64,000 nt of DNA from an uncultured Bacteroidales bacterium (GTDB lineage Bacteria; Bacteroidota; Bacteroidia; Bacteroidales; UBA7960). Both the position numbers and the translations under genes were made by a program. The stretch covers positions 187,882-251,881 of the forward strand of contig CAYZCW010000004.1 of assembly GCA_964477035.1 (NCBI GenBank), in the 5' to 3' direction. Of this stretch, positions 44,988 to 54,024 are shown piece by piece. The notes beneath the pieces were generated by a model, which was not told where the DNA came from, made no database searches, and saw nothing but the letters and a program-made list of their open reading frames with translations. Each line of letters opens with the position of its first letter. Within the stretch, counting starts at the first letter, position 1.

Positions 44988-45989
44988 ATGGCATTTAACT
45001 TAAGAAACCGTAGCTTTCTGAAACTTCTGGACTTCACTCCCCAGGAGATCAAATTCCTGCTTGACCTGTCAGTGGACCTGAAGAAGGCCAAGTATTCCGG
45101 AACAGAGCAGCCCCGGCTGCAGGGCAGGAACATTGCACTGATCTTTGAAAAGGACAGCACCCGCACCCGCTGTGCATTCGAGGTGGCAGCCTATGACCAG
45201 GGCGCAAAGGTTACCTATCTGGGTCCGACGGGCAGCCAGATCGGCAAGAAGGAATCCATGAAGGATACCGCCAGGGTCCTCGGACGAATGTATGACGGCA
45301 TCGAGTACCGCGGGTTTGCCCAAAAGACCGTGGAAGAGCTTGCCGCCTATTCGGGCGTGCCCGTATGGAACGGCCTGACCAATGAATTCCATCCGACCCA
45401 GATCCTGGCCGATTTTCTGACCATGATGGAGTACAGCGACAAACCCCTGCACCAGGTGTCGTTCTGTTACCTGGGCGATGCCCGCAACAACATGGGCAAC
45501 TCCCTGATGGTGGGTGCTGCCAAGATGGGCATGGACTTCCGGGCTGCCGCCCCGAAATCCGTACAGCCCAGCGAAGAGCTGGTCGCCACCTGCCGTGGGA
45601 TCGCCGCCGGGACCGGTGCGAATATCACGGTTACGGAAGACGTCGAAGAGGCGGTAAAAGGGGTGGATTTCCTCTACACCGATGTATGGGTCTCCATGGG
45701 CGAGCCCGATCATGTATGGGAAGAGCGGCTCAGGCTGCTCAAGCCCTATCAGGTGAATATGGAGCTGGTGAAGAAAACGGGCAATCCCCGGGTGAAGTTC
45801 CTGCACTGTCTGCCGGCCTTCCACAATCGTGAAACGACCATCGGAGAGGAGATCTTCCAGAAGTATGGCCTGGATGGCATGGAAGTGGTCGAAGAGGTGT
45901 TTGAGTCGGAACACAGCGTGGTGTTTGACCAGGCGGAGAACCGCCTGCACACCATCAAGGCCGTGATGGTGGCCACCCTGGGTGCTTAG
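44988..45989 (+). CDS. argF: Ornithine carbamoyltransferase
   Basis: Starts [21 protein letters not shown] and carries [20 protein letters not shown] and HCLPAFH. Confidence 0.9.
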   Translation: MAFNLRNRSFLKLLDFTPQEIKFLLDLSVDLKKAKYSGTEQPRLQGRNIALIFEKDSTRTRCAFEVAAYDQGAKVTYLGPTGSQIGKKESMKDTARVLGRMYDGIEYRGFAQKTVEELAAYSGVPVWNGLTNEFHPTQILADFLTMMEYSDKPLHQVSFCYLGDARNNMGNSLMVGAAKMGMDFRAAAPKSVQPSEELVATCRGIAAGTGANITVTEDVEEAVKGVDFLYTDVWVSMGEPDHVWEERLRLLKPYQVNMELVKKTGNPRVKFLHCLPAFHNRETTIGEEIFQKYGLDGMEVVEEVFESEHSVVFDQAENRLHTIKAVMVATLGA

Positions 45990-46043
45990 GCCCCGGTTCA
46001 CCTGCTGATGGACGGGCATTCTCATTGCCTGCCCTGCATATAT

Positions 46044-46087
46044 AAAACAGGCTGTTCTCGTGGTGGAACAGCCTGTTTTCTTTTTCA
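46044..46087. terminator. Bidirectional intrinsic terminator
   Basis: A perfect 14-bp stem AAAACAGGCTGTTC / GAACAGCCTGTTTT carries an 8-nt loop. It is followed by CTTTTTC on the plus strand and by a T/A-rich tract on the minus strand, between convergent genes. Confidence 0.8.
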
Positions 46088-46099
46088 ATCGCTCTGGTT

Positions 46100-47893
46100 T
46101 TATTTGTTTTCGGGTTTTTCCCCTTGCGGTTGCTTTGCGGCCTCTTCCAGGGCCTTGCGGAGTTCCTCCGCGGCTTTCCTGATTTCTTCGCGGAACGCTT
46201 CCGATTCGAATTCCAGCTGCAGCTCACGACCCAGCTCCTCCATGGCCTTGCGTACTTCCTCCCCGGCCTTTCTCATTTCCTCGCGAAACTCTTCCGACTC
46301 GAACTGCATCCGCAATTCCTCGTGGACCTCCTCCATGGCCTTGCGTACTTCCTCCCCGGCCTTTCTCATTTCCTCGCGAAACTCTTCCGACTCGAACTGC
46401 ATCCGCAATTCCTCGTGGACCTCCTCCATGGCGCGGCGGACCTCTTCGCCGACCTTTTCCATTTCACGGCGAAACTCCTCCGATTCAAAATGCTCCTGCA
46501 ATTCGCGGTCTGCTTCTTCCATGGATCTGCGCACTTCCTCCTGAACCTGGGCCATCTGCTGCCGGAACTCCTCTGAATTGAATTGCCGGATCAGCTCTTC
46601 ATTGACTTTGCTGATGGCGATCCGGGTTTCCTCCATGGCTTTCAGGACCTGTTGCCGGTCCTCTTCTGAAAGCTCCTCCCATCCAAGCTGGGAGCCATCT
46701 TTCAGGACAACCCGGCTGGGCTTATGTTCTTCCTTCAGGGGGGTGGCAGGCGGATCCGCCGGGAGGGATTCAGTTGTCCGGGGGAGTCTTCCCTCCTGCA
46801 GGCCAGTGGCTTCCCCGTAAGGGGTCAGGTGGGTGGAGTCCGGGTAGGCATAGGCGTTGATGCTTTTTGAGGGGTCGAACCACGCAAGCGACAGGGTCGC
46901 TCCCAGGATGATGGCCAGTGCGGCCAGGTTCTTTCCTGGCTTGAATGATCTTGTTTTCATGGTCATGATGTTTTTAATTCGTAACAACAACAGGTTTTTG
47001 GACTGGGTCGCAGCCAGCACGGGTTGCGGGGTGCTGCTGCGACCGGATTCAATATGTACAAGGGCCTGGGCGTAGGCCAGTGGGGTGCCGGTCTCGCCGA
47101 CCACCCATTCGTCGATGCGGTTTTCCCTCTCATCGCGAAGCCTGCGGCTGATCCACCAGGTGGCGGGGTGGAAGAAGAACAGGATCTCCAGCACGTTCTG
47201 AAGGATGTTGATGTAGTGATCCCGGTGGTATATGTGCCTGAATTCGTGCAGCAGGATGGCTTCCACCTGGTCGGGACCCAGCCCTGTGAGCATGGCTGCC
47301 GGCACCAGCACCACGGGCTTGATGAAACCCACGACGGCCGGGATATCCACCCGGGTGGAAACCCGTACGGGAATCCGCTTGAAGACCCCGGCCTTTTTTG
47401 CCAGGGAGGGAATTCTCGCTTTCCACTTTTCCGGCAAATGGCCCGTATTGCGGGTGCGCAGGGACCAGACCTTGTAGTAAGCCAGCAGCCCGTGCAGGGA
47501 AAAAAGGAGCAGCCCGGCGGAGTAGGCCCAGAAAACCATCGGGGTATAGGCTTCAAGACGGTCCAGGAAAAGGGGATAGGACTTGTCGATAACGAACAGC
47601 CCCGATTCCCCGGCGGAGGCGTACCAGCCCGCTTCCTCAAACTGCAGGGAAACCACCTGTCTGGCATTCGCGTAAATGCCCCATTGCCTGATAAAGGTGA
47701 GGACAAACGTCAGGGGAATGGCCAGAAGCGCCACCAGACTTAACCTGTAGCGCGTGGCCGCGGGGTGTCTTCCCGTGAACGCCATGAGAAGGCGCCAAAC
47801 CAGGGCAATGAGCACAAATTGCCAGATGCTGTGAAGCAGGCTCCAGCCCAGGGCATTGATAAACGGGTGGTATATGTTCTCAGACAGGCTCAT
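46100..47893 (-). CDS. BlaR1/MecR1-type M56 membrane metallopeptidase (signal transducer) with a C-terminal charged 31-aa repeat domain
   Basis: N-terminal TM helices and the HExxH block LLHEFRHIYHRDH are present. After the last TM (LAALAIILGATLSLAWF) comes a linker, then 5 x 31-aa E/R/K-rich repeats. It overlaps the blaI-like gene by 4 nt (ATGA). Confidence 0.8.
   Translation of the reverse strand: MSLSENIYHPFINALGWSLLHSIWQFVLIALVWRLLMAFTGRHPAATRYRLSLVALLAIPLTFVLTFIRQWGIYANARQVVSLQFEEAGWYASAGESGLFVIDKSYPLFLDRLEAYTPMVFWAYSAGLLLFSLHGLLAYYKVWSLRTRNTGHLPEKWKARIPSLAKKAGVFKRIPVRVSTRVDIPAVVGFIKPVVLVPAAMLTGLGPDQVEAILLHEFRHIYHRDHYINILQNVLEILFFFHPATWWISRRLRDERENRIDEWVVGETGTPLAYAQALVHIESGRSSTPQPVLAATQSKNLLLLRIKNIMTMKTRSFKPGKNLAALAIILGATLSLAWFDPSKSINAYAYPDSTHLTPYGEATGLQEGRLPRTTESLPADPPATPLKEEHKPSRVVLKDGSQLGWEELSEEDRQQVLKAMEETRIAISKVNEELIRQFNSEEFRQQMAQVQEEVRRSMEEADRELQEHFESEEFRREMEKVGEEVRRAMEEVHEELRMQFESEEFREEMRKAGEEVRKAMEEVHEELRMQFESEEFREEMRKAGEEVRKAMEELGRELQLEFESEAFREEIRKAAEELRKALEEAAKQPQGEKPENK
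46148..46612 (-). repeat. In-frame 93-bp tandem repeat (5 copies) inside the BlaR1-like gene
   Basis: The period is 93 bp. Units 46241-46333 and 46334-46426 are identical base for base, and the outer copies are diverged. The units encode (M)EEVHEELRMQFESEEFREEMRKAGEEVRKA-type repeats. Confidence 0.9.
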
Positions 47894-48279
47894 GACGGTT
47901 CGTCCCCGAATTGTTTGAGGTATTCCTGGATCTCCCGGATATCCTTATGCGAAAGACGCTCATGGCCGAGGGCTCCGATCACCAGGCGGCTGGCCGACCC
48001 CTTGTAGAGTCCGTCGATCATTTTGGTGAGGAATTGTTTCTGGGTGCCTTCCATGGAAACGGCAGGCGAATAGATGTGGGTCCGGCTGGAGGTGTCCCGG
48101 TCCAGCAGGCCTTTTTCATTCATGATCTGCATGGTTTTCAGGGTGGTGGTATATCCAATATCCCTTACCCGCTCCAGGACTTCGTGCACCTCCCTGACGG
48201 TGGAGGAGCCTTTTTCCCATAACACCTGCAGCACTTCCAATTCACTTTCCGTCGGATGGTATTTTTTTTCCTTGTCCAT
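47890..48279 (-). CDS. BlaI/MecI/CopY-family winged-helix transcriptional repressor
   Basis: 129 aa. N-terminal block PTESELEVLQVLWEKGSSTVREVHEVL...GYTTTLKTMQIMNEKGLL is typical of the penicillinase-repressor family. Confidence 0.85.
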   Translation of the reverse strand: MDKEKKYHPTESELEVLQVLWEKGSSTVREVHEVLERVRDIGYTTTLKTMQIMNEKGLLDRDTSSRTHIYSPAVSMEGTQKQFLTKMIDGLYKGSASRLVIGALGHERLSHKDIREIQEYLKQFGDEPS

Positions 48280-48325
48280 GCCTGATCAGCTTAACGATTC
48301 TTTTTTCCACCGAAAGCGATTAAGG

Positions 48326-48422
48326 TACGAACGCTTTCGTAGGCAAATATAATACGAAAACCTTCGTAATCCAAAAAATTTTAGAAAAAAAATTATAAAA
48401 TTGAACTACGAAATTTTAAGTA
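48326..48422 (-). promoter_or_regulatory. Promoter/operator region of the blaI-blaR1-like operon
   Basis: Two perfect palindromes are present: TACGAAcgctTTCGTA (48326-48341) and TACGAAaaccTTCGTA (48353-48368). A degenerate copy TACGAAatttTAAGTA lies at 48407-48422. On the minus strand the -7 box TATATTTG (48351-48344) sits between the two perfect sites, and the -33 TTTG lies at 48375-48372. Confidence 0.5.
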
Positions 48423-48438
48423 GCAGGGAAAGAGGGTT

Positions 48439-49158
48439 TTATATTATTTTGCTGAGTACCGTGTATCCCTGCAGCCGCTCCCGTTCGTCATAGGTTTCGG
48501 TCCGGACAGCCCCGACACCGGGCGCATGGAATTCAATGGTCTTGCCGGACATCCTCACGGGGATGCCCATGGCCCTGGTTTCCATGTGGGTATGGTAGGA
48601 AACCCTGTAGGATTCAAATGTCCCCGCCGGCACGCTGATTTGCTCTCTTCCTTCCACCGTCCGCCCGGAGATGCTCAGGCTGACATCGGCAAATTCGACC
48701 CCCCCCGCCAAAACCTTCATGCTGAGGGCGGCATCCGGCAGGTCCTGTCCTGCAGACAGGCTGTTGGGCATGACCATGTGATCGCTGTCGATGCGGACTT
48801 CCATGCCTTTAAAGCCTTCCATGACTCCGGGATCGAGCAGAGATTGTACATCCAGCAACAGCTGGTTGCCGTCACAAATGACCGTAAAGGTGGCCTGGTG
48901 CATTTCCCTGTCGCGCTGGTCGAGCATGCGGGTGTGCATCGTGGCCACCAGCCGGTCTCCCTGGCGGTCTACTTTCTGTACGGTGACCTCCTGGGTGGAC
49001 TGCAGGCGGTCGCGCTGGTTGAAATGCTGCAGCTGAATGCCCCTGCCCTCCACCAGAGGCAGGTAGTATCCGCAGTTCCCGGCCAGCAGGGCCGGCATAA
49101 ATAGGATCATGGCAAGGAGTCCGCTCGTCAGGTGTTTCAACTTCATGGGAATTGGCAT
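48439..49158 (-). CDS. Hypothetical secreted beta-rich protein
   Basis: 239 aa with a signal peptide (MKLKHLTSGLLAMILFMPALLAG). No catalytic motif was recognised; it may be DUF3108/LolA-like, but that is a guess. Confidence 0.55.
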   Translation of the reverse strand: MPIPMKLKHLTSGLLAMILFMPALLAGNCGYYLPLVEGRGIQLQHFNQRDRLQSTQEVTVQKVDRQGDRLVATMHTRMLDQRDREMHQATFTVICDGNQLLLDVQSLLDPGVMEGFKGMEVRIDSDHMVMPNSLSAGQDLPDAALSMKVLAGGVEFADVSLSISGRTVEGREQISVPAGTFESYRVSYHTHMETRAMGIPVRMSGKTIEFHAPGVGAVRTETYDERERLQGYTVLSKII

Positions 49159-49287
49159 TTTGCTGTTTGTTTTTAGGGAAAACTATTTGTTTGAAATAAT
49201 ATATATATAAATATATGAAAAAAAGATGAAACCATGGGCATCCTGGCAAAAAGGGGGCGGAGCCGTTTATTTCAAGCAGCAGCCTTG

Positions 49288-49295
49288 TACCTTTG
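49288..49295 (+). promoter_or_regulatory. Candidate -7 box TACCTTTG for the YjbQ-like gene
   Basis: Perfect TAnnTTTG, 15 nt upstream of the ATG at 49311. Confidence 0.4.
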
Positions 49296-49310
49296 TAAAA
49301 AAAACATCCG

Positions 49311-49721
49311 ATGATACAGCAATTTGAAATCAGTTTGCCCGCTTTTAAGCGGGGCATGCATCCGATCACCCGCCTGGTGATGGAGCCTGTAAAAAGTTGG
49401 CCCGAAAAAGGACTGATCCACTTATTCCTGCACCATACTTCGGCCGGGCTGATGATCAATGAAAACGCCGATCCTTCGGTGCGGAGGGATCTTGACATGG
49501 GGTTCGACAGGCTGGCCCCGGAAGGCCTACCGGGGTATAGCCATACCCTGGAGGGGGACGATGACATGCCCGCCCATATCAAATCGGCTTTGTCCGGGGT
49601 CAGTCTGACCATTCCGGTAACCAACCACCGGCCGGCCCTGGGAACCTGGCAAGGGATTTTCCTGTGCGAATTCCGTAACCACGGGGGCCAGCGCCGGCTG
49701 ACGCTGACTCTTTGGTCGTGA
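49311..49721 (+). CDS. YjbQ/UPF0047 family protein (secondary thiamine-phosphate synthase-like)
   Basis: 136 aa. MIQQFEISLPAFKRGMHPIT...HTSAGLMINENADPSV...GDDDMPAHIK...GTWQGIFLCEFR matches the UPF0047 pattern. Confidence 0.85.
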   Translation: MIQQFEISLPAFKRGMHPITRLVMEPVKSWPEKGLIHLFLHHTSAGLMINENADPSVRRDLDMGFDRLAPEGLPGYSHTLEGDDDMPAHIKSALSGVSLTIPVTNHRPALGTWQGIFLCEFRNHGGQRRLTLTLWS

Positions 49722-49868
49722 ACCGGCCGGTTCGGCGCCGGTAAACATGCCTCGCTTTATTTTGTTAACTTTATATGTAAATAGCTGATTGTTTAACCCG
49801 GTCCGGGCAAGCCGCTGGCCTCCGCACCTGCCTTTTCAATCCCGGACTTAAAAAAACAGCCAATCGTG

Positions 49869-52001
49869 ATGGACACCCCTTCAGGTCGAATCAACACCGT
49901 TACTTTGAAAGTGGAGGGCATGAGCTGTACCAATTGTGCCCTGGGCATTGCCCGGGTCCTCGAAAAAGAGGGATTTGACAATGTGCATGCCGATTTTGCT
50001 TCCGATGAGGTCCGGCTTGACCTGGAGGCGGACGAGCGGCTGCCGGTCGCCATCCGGCTCATAGAATCGCTTGGGTACCGCGTGGCTCCAAGGGAAGGGG
50101 AGGGTACGCCGGAAAGGAAACGCCTGTCACCCATTGAGAGGAAGTTCTGGTTTTCGGCCGTATTCACGGTTCCCCTGCTTTTGGGCATGTTTCTTCCCCT
50201 GGATCTTTTGCATAACGATCTGTTCCAGCTGGCCCTGACCGTTCCGGTGTTTGTCGTGGGGTTCCTGCATTTCGGACGCAGCGCCTTCATGAGCCTCCGC
50301 TCGGGAGTCGCCAACATGGACGTGCTGATCTTCCTGGGAAGTACGGCAGCCTTTGTGTACAGCCTCATCGGGACAGTGAATAACCTGGGGCATGATTACA
50401 TGTTTTACGAAACCTCGGCAAGCATCATCACCATTGTCCTATTAGGCAATATGCTGGAGCACAGATCGGTAAAAAAGACCACCTCGGCCATCGACGACCT
50501 GGTCCGGCTGCAGAAGAACACCGCCAGGCGAATCATTCCCGACATGCATGAAGGGCAGGAGTCGGTCGAAGAAGTCGATGCCGGCCTGTTGAACCGGGGT
50601 GACCGTTTGCTTGTCAACACGGGCGATAAGGTGCCGGTGGATGGGGAGGTTTACTGGGGGAATTGCAGCGTGGATGAAAGCATGCTGACAGGGGAAAGCC
50701 TTCCCGTGGAGAAGGGCCCGGGCGACCCGGTGGTGGGGGGCACCCTGCTCCTGGAAGGCACTGTCAGGATGAAAGCTTCCGCCGTGGGTCAGGACACCGT
50801 CCTGTCCCAGATCATCGAGCTTGTCCGTAACGCCCAAAAGGACAAACCGGCCCTGCAAAACCTTGCGGACCGAATCAGTATGGTGTTTGTGCCCGTCGTG
50901 GTGGGCCTGTCCCTGCTCACACTGGGCTACTGGTTTCTGGCCACCGACCTGCCTTTCAGGGATTCCCTCATGCGCGGCATTGCCGTGCTGGTCATTGCCT
51001 GTCCCTGCGCCCTCGGTCTGGCGATCCCCACAGCCGTGGTCGTCGGTCTGGGACGGTCTGCCAGGCACGGCATCCTGATCAAAGGCGGAACCGCCATCGA
51101 CAAACTCAGTGCGATGGATGCCGTGGTGTTCGATAAAACGGGGACCCTGACCAACGGCCGCTTCGTGGTTAAAAACATGGAGGTGTCCGGCCTGCCTGCA
51201 GAGACGGTCAGGGCTTTGCTTTACAGCATGGAATGCCACTCCTCCCACCCGATTGCCCAATCCCTGGTATCTCATTTCAAGGGCCAGGGTGAGGTCCCCC
51301 TGGAGCGGGTGGAGGAACGAAAGGGGCTTGGCCTGGAAGCCTTTGACGGGCAGGGGAACCACTTTGTGGTGGGCTCCTACGGGGTGGCTTCCCATCTTAC
51401 GAGCGACAATTCACACAATATTTACCTGCTGATGAACGACCAACTGGTGGCCTGGCTGGATCTGGAGGATGAGATCAAACCGGAAGCCCGTGCCGCCGTC
51501 AGCTATTTCCGGAAGAACGGGGTCAGAACCATTCTTCTCAGCGGCGACCGGAAAAAAAGGTGTGAGGCGGTGGCTTCCGCCCTGGGGATCGAGGAGGTGT
51601 ATGCCGAGCAGCTGCCCCGCCAAAAGCTGGAGGTCATCGAACGACTGGCTGCCCGGTACCGGGTGGGCATGGTTGGTGACGGGATCAATGATGCGCCGGC
51701 CCTGGCCAGGGCCCATATAGGCATCAGCATGAGCGACGCCACCCAGGTTGCGGTGAAGTCTGCAGAGGTGGTCCTGCTCAAAGGCAATCTGTCCCTGCTT
51801 ACCAGGGCATTTGCCACCACGCGGACCACCCTGCGAACGGTCAGGGAGAACCTGTTTTGGGCATTCTTTTACAATGTGGCCGCCATCCCCCTGGCCATGG
51901 CGGGTTTTCTGACCCCGATCGTGGCCGCCGCCGCCATGGCCGCCTCCGATGTGGTGGTGGTGCTGAATTCCCTTCGCCTTAAGCGCCGCCGCCTCAGGTA
52001 G
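49869..52001 (+). CDS. copA: Copper-translocating P1B-type ATPase
   Basis: N-terminal HMA domain with CxxC ([11 protein letters not shown]), the TM metal site CPCALGLA, the phosphorylation site DKTGTLT, and the hinge [10 protein letters not shown]. Confidence 0.9.
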   Translation: MDTPSGRINTVTLKVEGMSCTNCALGIARVLEKEGFDNVHADFASDEVRLDLEADERLPVAIRLIESLGYRVAPREGEGTPERKRLSPIERKFWFSAVFTVPLLLGMFLPLDLLHNDLFQLALTVPVFVVGFLHFGRSAFMSLRSGVANMDVLIFLGSTAAFVYSLIGTVNNLGHDYMFYETSASIITIVLLGNMLEHRSVKKTTSAIDDLVRLQKNTARRIIPDMHEGQESVEEVDAGLLNRGDRLLVNTGDKVPVDGEVYWGNCSVDESMLTGESLPVEKGPGDPVVGGTLLLEGTVRMKASAVGQDTVLSQIIELVRNAQKDKPALQNLADRISMVFVPVVVGLSLLTLGYWFLATDLPFRDSLMRGIAVLVIACPCALGLAIPTAVVVGLGRSARHGILIKGGTAIDKLSAMDAVVFDKTGTLTNGRFVVKNMEVSGLPAETVRALLYSMECHSSHPIAQSLVSHFKGQGEVPLERVEERKGLGLEAFDGQGNHFVVGSYGVASHLTSDNSHNIYLLMNDQLVAWLDLEDEIKPEARAAVSYFRKNGVRTILLSGDRKKRCEAVASALGIEEVYAEQLPRQKLEVIERLAARYRVGMVGDGINDAPALARAHIGISMSDATQVAVKSAEVVLLKGNLSLLTRAFATTRTTLRTVRENLFWAFFYNVAAIPLAMAGFLTPIVAAAAMAASDVVVVLNSLRLKRRRLR

Positions 52002-52005
52002 GATT

Positions 52006-53127
52006 TCAATGCAGGCTCTTGTCCAGAGTATTCCACACGGCCCGGGCCGTGGCATCCCACGAAAAGCGCATTCTTTGCCTTCTCCCCCGGGCAACAAGCC
52101 TTGCCCTCAGTTCCGGGTCGTATGCCATTCGATGCAGGTCTGCCGCCATGGATTCCACCGACCAGGGATCGGTCAGCAGGGCCGCATCCCCGGCCACCTC
52201 CGGCATGGCGCTGACATGGGAGGTGATCACCGGCACATCGCACGCCATGGCTTCGACAATGGGGATGCCAAACCCTTCGAAGGTGGAGGGCAGGACCAAC
52301 GCCAGCGCCCCGCCCATGACACGGGCCAGTTCTTCGCGGCCGAGCCTGCCCGTGAAACGGATCCGCTCCCTGCAGCCAGGGTCAGATACTGCCGGATTAT
52401 AGAAGCTTTTGCCGAACATGGCTTCCCCCACGATGAGCAGGCGAATGCCGGAGTCATCCTGCCGGCAGAATTTTCCGAAAGCCTGGATCAGCCTTTGAAG
52501 ATTCTTTCGCGGATTCAGGGCCCCTACAAACAAAAAGTATGGTTTGCCTTCCGCGTGGTCGCGCCGCACCCGGGAGACCTCCCCGGGAGTAAGGGGGCGG
52601 AACGCTTCGCCGGCCCCGTTGTATACCACGTCAATCCGGTCCGGATCAATGCCGCAGGAGCGGGCAATGTCCTGCCGGGAAAACTCGGATACTGTGATGA
52701 TCCGCCGGGCATTCCTTGCATGGGCAGGGAAAAACCTCCGGTAGTAGGCCCGCGTCAGGGGGGGGAGGTTTTCCGGAAAATGCATAAAATTCAGGTCGTG
52801 GAGGGCAACTACCGAAGGGAAGGTTCCGGGGATGCTGAACCCGTCGGGCGAATAGAACAGGTCGATCGCGTGTTTTTTCAGCAGCCGGGGGATCACGTGG
52901 TGAAACCGGGCGTACCAAAGCACAGGGTGCCGGCTCGGCAGGGTGGTACGCAGGGGCACCACATTGTCTGCAAACACAAAGGAGGGATCCCAGGCCCTGT
53001 CAAAAATAAAAAAGAAACGGTGTTCCGGGTGGGCGGTGACCATGCGCCTGAGGGTTTCAAAGGCAAACCACCCAATGCCTTCGAGCCTGTCTTTTATCAG
53101 AAGCTGGGTGTTGACGGCAATATTCAT
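52006..53127 (-). CDS. Family 4 (group 1) glycosyltransferase
   Basis: Carries the EGFGIPIVEAMACDVPVITS block. The start was trimmed to MNIAVNTQLL (ATG at 53127). Confidence 0.8.
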   Translation of the reverse strand: MNIAVNTQLLIKDRLEGIGWFAFETLRRMVTAHPEHRFFFIFDRAWDPSFVFADNVVPLRTTLPSRHPVLWYARFHHVIPRLLKKHAIDLFYSPDGFSIPGTFPSVVALHDLNFMHFPENLPPLTRAYYRRFFPAHARNARRIITVSEFSRQDIARSCGIDPDRIDVVYNGAGEAFRPLTPGEVSRVRRDHAEGKPYFLFVGALNPRKNLQRLIQAFGKFCRQDDSGIRLLIVGEAMFGKSFYNPAVSDPGCRERIRFTGRLGREELARVMGGALALVLPSTFEGFGIPIVEAMACDVPVITSHVSAMPEVAGDAALLTDPWSVESMAADLHRMAYDPELRARLVARGRRQRMRFSWDATARAVWNTLDKSLH

Positions 53128-53253
53128 GAGGCAGCTGGGCATTTGAGCCTTCCCGTTGCGGACCCTCCGGGAAAAATGATGGCGGACTAAGGGATTTTTG
53201 GTAAGTTTGCCTGGCCCGATCCCCTGCACAAAGATATTTTTTTAGGCAAAACA

Positions 53254-54024
53254 GTGGATGTAAAAAGACTGGAACGACTGGAAAAAGAAAAGGCATTTCA
53301 CAACGAGGCCTTTTCCACCGGCATAAGAAGGCCGCTGGATAAATACTACAGCATATTTGCCCGCATCCGGGGTGACTACCTGGACCGGTTAAGGGAAACC
53401 GCCCCGGGAAAGCGTTTGCTGGAATGCGGCTGCGGGGCGGACTCCCACACCTTTGAAGTGGCCGGGCCCGGGATGGAACTGACCGGCATCGACCTTTCCG
53501 AGGAAGCCGTGAGAAAAAGCAGGGAGAAAGCGGCCTCCATGGGACTGACCCATTGCCGTTTTCAGGTGATGGATGCGGAGAAGATGGATTTCGGCCCGGA
53601 CAGTTTCGACCTCCTGTTCGGAGTCGGGATCATCCACCACCTCGACCTGCCGGTATTTTTTTCGGAGGCCGCCCGCGTGCTCCGCCCCGGGGGACGCATC
53701 CTCTTCATGGAGCCTTTGGGGTACAACCCTGTCATCAACCTGTTTCGCAAACTGACGCCCCGCTACCGGACGCCCGATGAGCATCCTTTGTTGCGGGGCG
53801 ATCTGAAATTGCTCGACCGGTATTTCGGGCAGGTCTCGGTTGCCTATTATTATTTCTTTGCCTTACTGGCCGTGCCATTTCGAAGTACACGCCTTTTCAG
53901 CCCGCTGCTTAAGCTTCTGGACGGCCTTGACCGTTTCTGCTTTCGCTGCATCCCGGGGTTCAGGTACCTTGCCTGGTATGTGCTGATCGATGCGGCCAGA
54001 CCCCGGGAGGTCAGGCATTCATAG
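53254..54024 (+). CDS. Class I SAM-dependent methyltransferase
   Basis: Carries motif [11 protein letters not shown] and motif post-[15 protein letters not shown]. It has a GTG start, and its 3' end overlaps the rho stop region by 14 nt (convergent). Confidence 0.75.
   Translation: MDVKRLERLEKEKAFHNEAFSTGIRRPLDKYYSIFARIRGDYLDRLRETAPGKRLLECGCGADSHTFEVAGPGMELTGIDLSEEAVRKSREKAASMGLTHCRFQVMDAEKMDFGPDSFDLLFGVGIIHHLDLPVFFSEAARVLRPGGRILFMEPLGYNPVINLFRKLTPRYRTPDEHPLLRGDLKLLDRYFGQVSVAYYYFFALLAVPFRSTRLFSPLLKLLDGLDRFCFRCIPGFRYLAWYVLIDAARPREVRHS

Noticed and set aside
46148-46612. The regular 93-bp tandem repeat looked at first like a CRISPR array or minisatellite.
   Set aside because: There are no unique spacers. 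The period is a multiple of 3, the repeats stay in frame inside the BlaR1-like ORF, and they translate into a coherent 31-aa protein repeat.
49196-49218. A short AT dinucleotide-like tract (aataatatatatataaatatat) in the divergent region upstream of the YjbQ-like gene.
   Set aside because: It is too short and too imperfect to call a microsatellite or phase-variation tract. It is consistent with ordinary AT-rich promoter DNA.
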